From Candidatus Latescibacterota bacterium (GTDB lineage Bacteria; Latescibacterota; UBA2968; GCA-2709665): a stretch of DNA of 64,000 nucleotides. Below, one piece after another: positions 20,596 through 29,416 of this stretch. The notes under the pieces were generated by a model that was given only the letters and a program-made list of their open reading frames with translations, ran no database searches and was not told the DNA's origin. Location: positions 3,808,001-3,872,000 of the forward strand of contig OZ241917.1 in assembly GCA_965203805.1 (NCBI GenBank), given 5' to 3'. The position numbers and the translations under genes were made by a program. Position 1 is the first letter of the stretch, and each line of letters starts with the position of its first letter.

Positions 20596-20691
20596 TTTGG
20601 GGAAAACGAGACGGAGAAACTCCGGAGTACCGGACGGGTCAACGAGGTTTTGGGACGCCTGAGGATTTCCGATTTCATAAGCCCGAGAAAT

Positions 20692-20734
20692 ATACAACAA
20701 AACTGTTGACAACGGATTCGTTGTATAGTAAAAT
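20692..20734 (+). promoter_or_regulatory. Sigma70-like promoter of the ATPase pair, with a palindromic operator over the -35
   Basis: TTGACA (20706)-N17-TAAAAT (20729). Imperfect 17-bp inverted repeat ATACAACAAAACTGTTG-A-CAACGGATTCGTTGTAT. Confidence 0.7.
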
Positions 20735-20764
20735 TAGATAAGTCTCATCGAAAAGGAGATAGCA

Positions 20765-22006
20765 ATGAACTCAGCAACTGGCCGTTGGGTAAACGGCGAC
20801 GATTTTTTCAATCGTGATCGTGAATTGCGAATACTGGAAACAAAGGTTCGAGACCGTAACCACGTGTTGCTGACGGGCCAGCGGAGGATGGGAAAGACCA
20901 GCATTGTCCAGGAGCTGGGGCGTCGGCTCAAAGACGACGGATGGATCTTCCTCTTTGTGGATGTCGAAGGCGCGGATTGTTCAGAGGACGCGATCGCTGA
21001 AATCGCAAAGGCTGTACACGAGATTCGCACCATCGCATCGCGATTCGCCACCGGGCTCAAGCGTATCATCAGCGAAGGGATAGAGGAAATCAGCGCATCG
21101 GAATTCCGCGTCAAGATCCGTGCGGGGTTAAACGAGGGGAACTGGCGACGTCATGGTGAAGAGTTATTCCGTGCGTGCGCCGAGCATGATAGGCCGGTAC
21201 TCCTGGTGATCGACGAGTTGCCGATTTTTCTGAAGCGTATGTTTAAAGAAGATAACAGCGCACAACGTGTGGACGGGTTTCTCAGTTGGTTGCGCGGTGT
21301 GATTCAGGTTATAGGAAATGAAGCTCCAGTCTTCATCGTGTCCGGCAGTATCGGTCTCGAACCACTCGTGCGCGAGATCGGAATTCCCGACCGCATCAAC
21401 CATTTCTATTCCTACCGGCTCGGTCCGTGGGACCGTGAGAATTGCGTAAAGTGTTTCAGTCGTCTAGCCGAGAGTCACGCATTTTACGTTGACGAAGGGG
21501 TGGCCGAAGCAGTGTACCACGCGCTCGGGATCGGCATCCCCCACCAGGTTCAATCATTCTTCGCGCGTTTGCGGGACTTCGCCATTATGCATGGTCGCGA
21601 CCGGGTGACGGTGAAGGACGTTGAGAATGTCTATCGCAGATTGCTTCTGGGACCGTCGGGTCAAAACGACCTCGTACACTATGAGACGCGCCTAAAGGAG
21701 GCTCTGGAAGATGAGAGTTACTCGATTGCTATGGAAGTCCTCGCCGAAGCGGCAGTTGAGGAAGTGTTCACGCCAGACGCTAAGAAATGTCTCGTACGGA
21801 TGTATTCCAGGCTGGTAAATGACGCAGCCACACGCATTGCAGACGTCCTCGAGGTCCTTGAATACGACGGTTATCTCGAATCCAACGACGATGGTCATGC
21901 CTTTGCTTCGCGTTTGCTGAAAGATTGGTGGACGGCCCGCTTTCGAGATCACCATGTCCCCATACGATGCCGCGAATCCAACGAAGATTCAAGGGAGGGA
22001 ATGTAA
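20765..22006 (+). CDS. P-loop ATPase (archaeal-ATPase/STAND-like)
   Basis: FFNRDREL, Walker A GQRRMGKT, Walker B LLVIDE, VSGSIGL and GIPHQVQ (GxP). AAGGAG RBS. Confidence 0.85.
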   Translation: MNSATGRWVNGDDFFNRDRELRILETKVRDRNHVLLTGQRRMGKTSIVQELGRRLKDDGWIFLFVDVEGADCSEDAIAEIAKAVHEIRTIASRFATGLKRIISEGIEEISASEFRVKIRAGLNEGNWRRHGEELFRACAEHDRPVLLVIDELPIFLKRMFKEDNSAQRVDGFLSWLRGVIQVIGNEAPVFIVSGSIGLEPLVREIGIPDRINHFYSYRLGPWDRENCVKCFSRLAESHAFYVDEGVAEAVYHALGIGIPHQVQSFFARLRDFAIMHGRDRVTVKDVENVYRRLLLGPSGQNDLVHYETRLKEALEDESYSIAMEVLAEAAVEEVFTPDAKKCLVRMYSRLVNDAATRIADVLEVLEYDGYLESNDDGHAFASRLLKDWWTARFRDHHVPIRCRESNEDSREGM

Positions 22007-24786
22007 TGACGGGGACCAAACTATCGACACCCAGCCGAAATCCCCGGATACGAAAATTCAATCCAGGCACCCATCAGACCGACGGCGAGATAATTGAGCA
22101 GTTCGTCGTCCGCGAGCGAGAACTTGATTCTGTACTTGAGGTCCTCCGTGGAAACGTAGATTCGCCGTCGTGTCAACATGTCCTGGTGGTGGGCCCTAGA
22201 GGCAGGGGAAAAACCATGCTCCTGGTCCGCGTCGCTTCGGAGTTGCGGACGGACAAGAGCCTCGCACATCGCCTGTTTCCTGTTCGATTCATGGAAGAAA
22301 GCCAAGAGATCTTCGACCTGGCAGACTTCTGGCTGGAAGCTCTTTTTCATCTCGCCAAGGAAACTGAGGAACGCGATCCAATCCTCTCACGGGATCTGTA
22401 CAAGACGCACGGCGACCTTTCTTCGCGCTGGCGTGAAGAGTCGCTCGAGGTGCACGCTCGGGCCGCGGTCCTGGAAGCAGCGGACCGGCTGGACAGGAAA
22501 CTCGTGCTCATGGTCGAAAACATGCAATCGCTATGCGAGAACGTGGACGACGATTTCGGCTGGAAGTTCAGGGGAGCGTTGCAATCCGAACCCGAGATCA
22601 TGCTGCTCGCGTCTGCCACGACTAGGTTCGAAGGCCTGGACGACGCAGACCAGCCGTTTTTCGAACTGTTCCGGTCCATCAGCCTGGCGCCGCTAGATAC
22701 GGATGAGTGCCGCCTGCTGTGGCACGTCGTCAGCGGAGACACGGTGAGTTCACGTGAGATAAGGCCGTTACAGATTCTTACGGGCGGTAACCCGCGGCTT
22801 CTTGTCATCGTCGCCGAATTCGCGAGGCACAGATCCCTGCGCAAGCTGATGGAAGAGTTGGTGACACTTATCGACGAACACACAGAGTACTTCAGAGGAC
22901 ACCTCGAAATTCTGGCAAAGACTGAAAGGCGGGTTTACGTCTCGTTGATCGACCTCTGGCAGCGATCGAGCGCCGGAGAAATAGCGACACGTGCACGCAT
23001 GGACGTCCGTGTCGTGTCCACAATGCTGGGCAGGCTCGTCGACCGCGGTGCCGTGATTGCGGAAGGCCGCGGAAGGAAGAGATTGTACGCCCCCGCCGAA
23101 CCGCTCTATTGCATCTATTACAAGTTGCGGCGCGAGCGGGACGAGGCAGCTGTCGTGGAGAATCTGATACACTTTATGGTGGCGTTTTACGACATCCGTG
23201 AGATATCTGAAATTAGCGAACAGTTGTACCAGGAGGCACGGGAGCTTCCCGTCCTGCGCGCAGGGATGGAGCGAGTATTCGAAAAAATCTCAGATGCCGA
23301 CGAGGATTACATTCAAATGAAATGGGACTTGGTAAGAGATGCAGCCGATAAGGCTGCGATTTATCACATGGGGTTGTCTGAAACGCGGCTTGAGGCAGAA
23401 ATTAACGCAGCATTCCAGGAACAGGCGTGGCAGAGAGTGATTGAAATCATCGACGAAGCATTTGCGTCCTTGACCGCGAAGTCGTGGCAATTGTCAGAGG
23501 AATTTATCGGCCGCATTTTTCGGGCGAAAGCCTTTGCTCTTGAGCAACTTCGAGACTTTCACGGAATTGTTGTTGCGTGCGACGAACTGGTTAGGCGCAG
23601 CGGCTGCAATCGTGCAAAGGAAGTTAAGCAGAGTGTAGCCTCAATGTTGCTGCAGAAGGGACGCGCGAAAATGGAACTGGGAGATTTCGAGGGGGCCAGC
23701 ATAACGTTCGACGAGGTGGTGGAGCGCTACGGCAGCAGCAAGGCGAACTACCTTAAAAATTGGGCTGCCATGGCGTTAAACCACAAAGGTAAGGCGAGAC
23801 GGAATTTGGACGATACTCTCGGTGCCATTTCGGCATGGGAGGAGCTGATCGAGCGTTATAGTGACAGCAAAGAGTCAGAACTGCAAAATTGGGTTGCCTC
23901 TGCGTTAATTCACGTAGCGGAAGCGAGAAAAAAAATCGGCGATTCGGTTGGAGCCGCCGAATTAATCGATAATGTCATCTGTCGCTACTCCAAAAGCACC
24001 ATCCCGGATCTTCAGTATTGGGTTGCTGCTGCGTTGATCGATAAGGGTAGAATGGAAACAGAACTCGACGACTTGGAGGGTGCCTTAGCGAATTTCACGG
24101 AGGTCGTGGAACGTTATGGCGACAGCGATGAGTCGAATCTACAGCGCATTGTCGCCGGAGCGTTGTTCGATAAGGGTCGAACAAGCGAGAAACAGGGAGA
24201 TCTTGTTGGAGCAATTGCGTCATGGAAGGAGATAGTAATACGCTATGGCAATAGCGCCGATATCGATCTACAGAGATTCGTAACCGGTGTACTGATCGAC
24301 AAGGGGAGGTGCCAGGCCGAAGTGGGCCGCGCTGATGAAGCGCTGAACGTGTGCGAGCAACTTGAGTACAGATCGCGCGCGCTGCACGAGAATGAGAAGA
24401 GCCAGATCGCGTGGTTGGCACTGTGCATACGTGTCCTGGCGCTGATAGTAAAAAAAGAGACGGTAGCGGCCATGAATGCGTTTTGCTCCGTGTATGCCGG
24501 CTTTTCTCCAAAAAACGAAATTGGAGTGAAAGAGATGCTGCGGCTTGTCTCCAACTTGGTCGCAGCGGGCGCGTCGGAAGTTGAGCTTGTGGCTGTACTC
24601 TCAACCGATCCCACAAAATCGGCCGCCCTAACACCGCTCATCGTGGCCCTTCGTGAGCGGCAGGGAGAGACGGTTCGCGCGCCGGCGGAAGTGCGCGAAG
24701 TGGCTGCGGATGTGCGAGAGCAAATCGACGAACGTGTGAGGAATTGGGCGGAAGCAACGTCGGTTTCACCTGAAAGCGGCCGATGA
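22006..24786 (+). CDS. STAND-like ATPase with winged-HTH and 43-aa TPR-like repeats
   Basis: FVVREREL, Walker A GPRGRGKT, variant Walker B LMVENM, TGGNPRLL, HTH SAGEIATRARMDVRVVSTMLGRL and about 6 repeats with 129-nt spacing. Start at a TAATG overlap with the upstream stop, GGGAGGGA RBS. Confidence 0.83.
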   Translation: MTGTKLSTPSRNPRIRKFNPGTHQTDGEIIEQFVVRERELDSVLEVLRGNVDSPSCQHVLVVGPRGRGKTMLLVRVASELRTDKSLAHRLFPVRFMEESQEIFDLADFWLEALFHLAKETEERDPILSRDLYKTHGDLSSRWREESLEVHARAAVLEAADRLDRKLVLMVENMQSLCENVDDDFGWKFRGALQSEPEIMLLASATTRFEGLDDADQPFFELFRSISLAPLDTDECRLLWHVVSGDTVSSREIRPLQILTGGNPRLLVIVAEFARHRSLRKLMEELVTLIDEHTEYFRGHLEILAKTERRVYVSLIDLWQRSSAGEIATRARMDVRVVSTMLGRLVDRGAVIAEGRGRKRLYAPAEPLYCIYYKLRRERDEAAVVENLIHFMVAFYDIREISEISEQLYQEARELPVLRAGMERVFEKISDADEDYIQMKWDLVRDAADKAAIYHMGLSETRLEAEINAAFQEQAWQRVIEIIDEAFASLTAKSWQLSEEFIGRIFRAKAFALEQLRDFHGIVVACDELVRRSGCNRAKEVKQSVASMLLQKGRAKMELGDFEGASITFDEVVERYGSSKANYLKNWAAMALNHKGKARRNLDDTLGAISAWEELIERYSDSKESELQNWVASALIHVAEARKKIGDSVGAAELIDNVICRYSKSTIPDLQYWVAAALIDKGRMETELDDLEGALANFTEVVERYGDSDESNLQRIVAGALFDKGRTSEKQGDLVGAIASWKEIVIRYGNSADIDLQRFVTGVLIDKGRCQAEVGRADEALNVCEQLEYRSRALHENEKSQIAWLALCIRVLALIVKKETVAAMNAFCSVYAGFSPKNEIGVKEMLRLVSNLVAAGASEVELVAVLSTDPTKSAALTPLIVALRERQGETVRAPAEVREVAADVREQIDERVRNWAEATSVSPESGR

Positions 24787-25024
24787 GGTACAGAAGCGGA
24801 GGGACCAATCGGCAACATTTGGGCGGAATCGCGACGAGAGATTTCGCCCTATCGACGCAAGATCGGGCGCCTGCGTCGACACGTTTTACCGGTTGCCGGT
24901 TGACAGCAACCGATTTTGGATTAGATTTTTTCTGTGAGAAACGCGCGAAAGTGAATCAGCCTCGCCGCCGTCTGCACGATTTGCATCGAACACGGCGTAC
25001 TTCAACCTGAGTTACGGGGATTTT

Positions 25025-26227
25025 ATGAAACCGATCGTATTTGTCGGCCTGTTCGCGTGCCTTCTGGGCGCCGCCAATGCCCAGGAAACGGCGGTAACGG
25101 CCGGCGACGTGAAGGATCCGGCCACCCTGAAGGCATTCGTGGAGTACGCAAAGTCCCAACTGGATGACATCGCCGATGCCGCGGAACTGGCCGTCCTGTG
25201 GGGCAGTATGCGTCTCGAGGGGGACTGGAAGTCGGGCAACACCTATCTGATCGTTCTGAGCGAGAGGGGATCCGTACTCTTCCACGCAGACCGGCGGGAT
25301 TTCGAAGGAAGGAACCTGAGAGGTCTCGTGGACGCCAGGGGAGACAGTGTTGGAAAGTACATCCTATCCGAGGCGGCGGCCGCTGGCGGATTTGTCGGGT
25401 ACTACTGGGACGATCCCGCCGTTGAGGGAGACGATAGCGGCCACCCCAAGGTGGCCTATGCTACAGAGTTCTTTTCCGAGGTAACCGACGAAAACCATAT
25501 CCTCGTCGGAGGTTTCTACCGCGACCTGGGGGACCTGCCCTCCGGCGATCCGGTTTCCGTTCCGCGTCCGAACGTCACGGCCAGCGAGGTGGTGGACCGC
25601 GAGACCCTGAAGGCCTTTGTCCAGGGCGTTCTGAAGGCCTTTTCTGCCGCGCTTGAGCGGATCGGTCTGGAAAAGGTCGGACAGATCAGGGACATTTTCC
25701 GCGACGAGGGAGGGTACTGGAAGCACGGCTCAATATACGCCTTTGTCGTTACCACCGCCGGATACGTGGTGTTTCACGGGGCGGACCCCGAACGCGAGAA
25801 TCGATTTGCAGATGTGAATATTGAAGACGCCAATGGCGTGAAGTTTGTCCACGAACTCTTCAGGGTGGCGCGGGAGGGTGGCGGCTACGTGGAATATACG
25901 TGGGACGATCCAACCGTGGACGAGGACGGCGACGGCGAGTTGTTGGGCGACACGACAGGCTCATTCAAGGTGAGTTACGCGCTGCTCCATACCCATCTTG
26001 GGGAAGAGTACGTTATCGCCGCCGGCATCTATCGGCGGGGGCCCGATTTCGATGAGGACGGGGCCGTCGGCTTCAGCGACTTCATTCTGTTCGCGAGGCA
26101 TTTCGGGTTGAAGAAGAATGACGCGGGTTTCGACGTTCTGTACGATCTCGACAGCAATAATGAAATCGGGTTTCAGGATTTCGTGCTCTTTGCGAAGGAC
26201 TTCGGGAAACGGGTACGGTCCAACTGA
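25025..26227 (+). CDS. Secreted protein with two Cache-like domains and a C-terminal twin-EF-hand dockerin-like module
   Basis: Signal peptide (ANA-Q). Duplicated TAxxVxDxxTLKAFV...FHxx...DAxG...GG(F/Y)VxYxWDDP unit. C-terminal DFDEDGAVGFSDF...DLDSNNEIGFQDF. Confidence 0.8.
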   Translation: MKPIVFVGLFACLLGAANAQETAVTAGDVKDPATLKAFVEYAKSQLDDIADAAELAVLWGSMRLEGDWKSGNTYLIVLSERGSVLFHADRRDFEGRNLRGLVDARGDSVGKYILSEAAAAGGFVGYYWDDPAVEGDDSGHPKVAYATEFFSEVTDENHILVGGFYRDLGDLPSGDPVSVPRPNVTASEVVDRETLKAFVQGVLKAFSAALERIGLEKVGQIRDIFRDEGGYWKHGSIYAFVVTTAGYVVFHGADPERENRFADVNIEDANGVKFVHELFRVAREGGGYVEYTWDDPTVDEDGDGELLGDTTGSFKVSYALLHTHLGEEYVIAAGIYRRGPDFDEDGAVGFSDFILFARHFGLKKNDAGFDVLYDLDSNNEIGFQDFVLFAKDFGKRVRSN

Positions 26228-26243
26228 CGGCCTGTTTGGGCGC

Positions 26244-26437
26244 GGGTTGCTGCGTCGGTGCGGAGTCAGTAGAACCGGGAGGTAGCGAGGGACGCATGCA
26301 CGGATCGGCAAGCGGCGCCGCGAGTGGCGAATCGTCTCGCTGTTTCGTCGCTTGATCGCGAAACTGCCGGAAGATGAACCGGGCGGGTACTCCCCGCATC
26401 AAAAGAAGGGCCGTGTCACTCACACGGCCCTTTTTGC
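26244..26437 (+). repeat. Diverged ~200-bp intergenic repeat, copy 2, ending in a bidirectional terminator-like hairpin
   Basis: Homologous to 20396-20595. Hairpin AAGGGCCGTGT-CACTC-ACACGGCCCTT with A/T tracts on both sides, between convergent genes. Confidence 0.8.
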
Positions 26438-26478
26438 ATTGGTGATCGTAGAACGTAGAATCCGCTGAAATATGGCTC

Positions 26479-28836
26479 TCAATTCACCGTAAAGGTGTTC
26501 TCGCTGGCATATCTTCCGCGCGTTCCGTCGATCGTGATCTCCGCGACCATCCGGTATTCCCCTGCTTCCGAGGTCGAATAAGGGCAGAGGCCCACGCGCT
26601 GTGTGGCCGGGATATCAGCCCAGGACTCACCGTCCTTTCGCTGCCACTTTGACGAGTGGGTCGTGTAGGTCGCCCCGCCGATGGAGATGCCAATGAGTGT
26701 GATACACTGCTCAGTTGACGACAGCGCCAGGAATTCAACCCCGCCGTTCGACACGAGAAGCCCGGGCAACGGCCTGGTTTCCACCGGCGCGGTCGTCGTT
26801 TCCTCGCAATTCTCGCCGGTGGTCCGGTCGATCCCCTCCAGCCACGACTGAAAGCCCTCGTCGAGCGGCGCGCACAGCCCGGTGCCGTGAAACTGAAAAT
26901 CCTCCATGTTGTTCAAGCTGGTCAGACTGAAGGGAAGCGCGCCCTTCAGGTCTGCATTGTCGTTGACCCACAGCTGAGAAATGCTGGACAGGTTGCCCAT
27001 GGCTTCGGGAACTTCGCCGGTCAACGAATTGCTCGAAAGGTCGAGCCACGCCAGGGCAGGCGCGCTGCCAAATTGGGGGAGGATCGGACCCGTCAGCTTG
27101 TTCTCGGCAATCCACAGCACCTCGAGCGAGGCCATCCCGGTCAGTTCGACCGGTATCTCTCCCGACAGTTCATTCTCGTCGAGTTCCAGCCATCTGAGTT
27201 CCGGCAGGGCGCCAAGTTCCCCGGGAATCTCGCCGTTCAGAATGTTTTCGTTAAGCCTCAGCACTTCGAGGGCGGTCGCCTCCGCCAACGCCGGAGGTAT
27301 GGGTCCGGTCAATTCGTTTGTGCTCAGGTAGAGCCGCTCCAGGTGGCGCAGTTTGCCAAACGTCCCCGGTATTTCGCCTGTCAGCTTATTCTCGGTAAGC
27401 CATATCATATTCACGTTGGTCATATCGCCCAGTTCGGCGGGTAGGGCGCCTGTCAGTTCGTTTTCCGAGAAGTCCAGCCACAACACCTGCGTGAGCCTGC
27501 CCAAAGAAGTTGGAATCTCGCCACTCAACGCATTTTTCCAGATCCAAAGCACCTTCAGGTTTGAAAGATTTCCAAGTTCGGCTGGTAATGCGCCGCTGAG
27601 TTCGTTTTCGTCCAGATTGAGCCAACGCAGTTCAGATAGGTCGCCCAGTTCCGCGGGTATGGCGCCGCTCAACTGGTTGGCGTTGAGTCCCAGCCATCGG
27701 AGTTTGGACAGCCCCCCCAGTTCGGCGGGTATCTCACCGCTCAACGCGTTCCGGTGCAGAAAGAGCGCCTCATTGAGCGTAAGATTCGCCAATTCCAGGG
27801 GAATGGGACCACTGAGGCCGTTTCGTTGAAGGTGGAGCCGTCTGAGATGTGACAGGCTGCCTAATTCGCCGGGAATTTCGCCCGTCAGGTTGTTTTCGCT
27901 CAGGTTCAGGACGGAAACGCGCCCGTCGAACGCGATGACGCCGTGCCACGTGGAAACGTGTCTGTCGGTGAGCCAATTTGTACTTTCCGTCCAGTTGTCT
28001 CCGCCGGTCGACCTGTAAAGCGCCACCAGGGCGTCGCGCTCGGCGGGGTCGACAAGCGGGGCGGGCGGCGGCAGTTCCTTTCCGAACTGGGCCGCGAATT
28101 CGAGAAAATCGCCAAGCTCTACCGATCCGTCGCCGTCCAGGTCGAACCGTCCGTCGAAGGAATCGTCCTCCTGCTGAGACCCGAAATTACTCGCGAACTG
28201 CAGGAAATCGGACAACGCGACCGTACCGTCCCCGTCGAAGTCGGCGCGGTGCACGTCAAGGCCGGGGGACGGAGCCGCCGTACTGTCCTGGAGGGAAATG
28301 TCGATGTCCAGCGACGCGGTTTCATTACGGTATCGGCCGAGAGAGATTTCACCCTCAGCCAGCCGAATTGTGGTGCTTGAAAACGATGCCGACGTACGAA
28401 AACGTGCAGTGCCCAAAAGGCCGGTTCTGGGCGTGGTGCGGCTCGCGAACGGCCAGATGGTTATCTCGATGGAAGTCGGATGCGACTCTTCCGTGGGAGT
28501 CGCCACCGCGTTGGTCATGATTCCGCCAACGTCGAACCCCTCAAAGAGGACCTGGCGCGCGTCGTATTGAAAGAGCATGGATACCGCGGTTGCCCCCTGG
28601 ATGTCATCGCCGAAAATCTGTACGGAAACGACGTCCTCGGCGGAGACTTCAAGAGACGTCGCGCCCTGATCGCCCTCCGCCGCATCCAGGTCCGGAGAAA
28701 GCGAAAACGGTGCCTGGGAATAAAGCGGCGCCGGGCGAATCCACAGGACCAGGGCGATGATTGCAAAGAACAACACAACCGCCACACCGAAATACCGGGC
28801 GTACCAACGAGAGGGATACATCCTCGATTCGGACAT
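26479..28836 (-). CDS. Secreted protein with a cohesin-like domain, dockerin-like EF-hand pair and 14 plant-type 24-aa leucine-rich repeats
   Basis: Hydrophobic N-terminus; FQYDARQV...LGTARF; DFDGDGTVALSDF...DLDGDGSVELGDF; N-cap ERDALVALYRSTGGDNW; LxxLxLxxNxLSGxIPxELG repeats. Confidence 0.85.
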   Translation of the reverse strand: MSESRMYPSRWYARYFGVAVVLFFAIIALVLWIRPAPLYSQAPFSLSPDLDAAEGDQGATSLEVSAEDVVSVQIFGDDIQGATAVSMLFQYDARQVLFEGFDVGGIMTNAVATPTEESHPTSIEITIWPFASRTTPRTGLLGTARFRTSASFSSTTIRLAEGEISLGRYRNETASLDIDISLQDSTAAPSPGLDVHRADFDGDGTVALSDFLQFASNFGSQQEDDSFDGRFDLDGDGSVELGDFLEFAAQFGKELPPPAPLVDPAERDALVALYRSTGGDNWTESTNWLTDRHVSTWHGVIAFDGRVSVLNLSENNLTGEIPGELGSLSHLRRLHLQRNGLSGPIPLELANLTLNEALFLHRNALSGEIPAELGGLSKLRWLGLNANQLSGAIPAELGDLSELRWLNLDENELSGALPAELGNLSNLKVLWIWKNALSGEIPTSLGRLTQVLWLDFSENELTGALPAELGDMTNVNMIWLTENKLTGEIPGTFGKLRHLERLYLSTNELTGPIPPALAEATALEVLRLNENILNGEIPGELGALPELRWLELDENELSGEIPVELTGMASLEVLWIAENKLTGPILPQFGSAPALAWLDLSSNSLTGEVPEAMGNLSSISQLWVNDNADLKGALPFSLTSLNNMEDFQFHGTGLCAPLDEGFQSWLEGIDRTTGENCEETTTAPVETRPLPGLLVSNGGVEFLALSSTEQCITLIGISIGGATYTTHSSKWQRKDGESWADIPATQRVGLCPYSTSEAGEYRMVAEITIDGTRGRYASENTFTVN

Positions 28837-29079
28837 GGTTTCGATTCTCCGGATGCAATGCTGTCATTGTATTTTCTCACATTTAACATAAGGTATTCCC
28901 CCAGATTCAACAAGGGCATACCGGGTTGAATATCCCTTGCCGATTAAGTGGACGTTCCCGGCTTTCGTAACCCCGAATCGGTCAATCGAACAAACGGCTG
29001 TGAGACTCGAACCCGTTTACACTACAAAAAGGCGATATCTGCACGAACCGACGATCCATTGCAATCGACCTCCAAATTT

Positions 29080-29114
29080 ACGCAATAAAACTGTTGACAA
29101 CGGATTTGTTGTAT
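29080..29114. promoter_or_regulatory. Second copy of the TTGACA-centred palindrome seen at 20692
   Basis: AAAACTGTTGACAACGGATTTGTTGTAT matches the 20.7-kb copy at 27 of 28 positions. Confidence 0.65.
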
Positions 29115-29416
29115 CCTCATTGCCGCGCATCGGATCCACCTACCGGGACCGGGCTATCGTAAGTATTCGGCAAGCATCAGTCGGACGATCTCACGAGAGA
29201 ATGCAAGCCGAAGGCGCCCTATCGCACCTGTCCGCGGCGTTTGAGCGACACCCAATGGGGTTGACACGGGCGGAATTGTGCGATAGATTTGTTATGTGGT
29301 TTCAATCGACCCGCGACATACGAGAGTTTCACGCGGTTTCGGGTTGCTTGCCTTAATCGGCTGATCGGATGGGCGATACTGTCATGGCCACGAACGTCCT
29401 CTGAAGGAGTGCAGGC

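Noticed and set aside
20192-26423. Similar-starting minus-strand ORFs MSHTALLL (20192-20578) and MSDTALLL (26082-26423) as a peptide family
   Set aside because: The similarity comes from the shared hairpin, the reading frame is not conserved further, and both overlap real genes.
26900-27920. LRR or TPR repeats as targets of a diversity-generating retroelement
   Set aside because: No reverse transcriptase and no template/variable repeat pair differing at adenines was seen.
20363-29320. Integron attC cassette array
   Set aside because: No convincing RYYYAAC...GTTRRRY boxes, no integron integrase, and the genes have their own promoters and mixed orientation.
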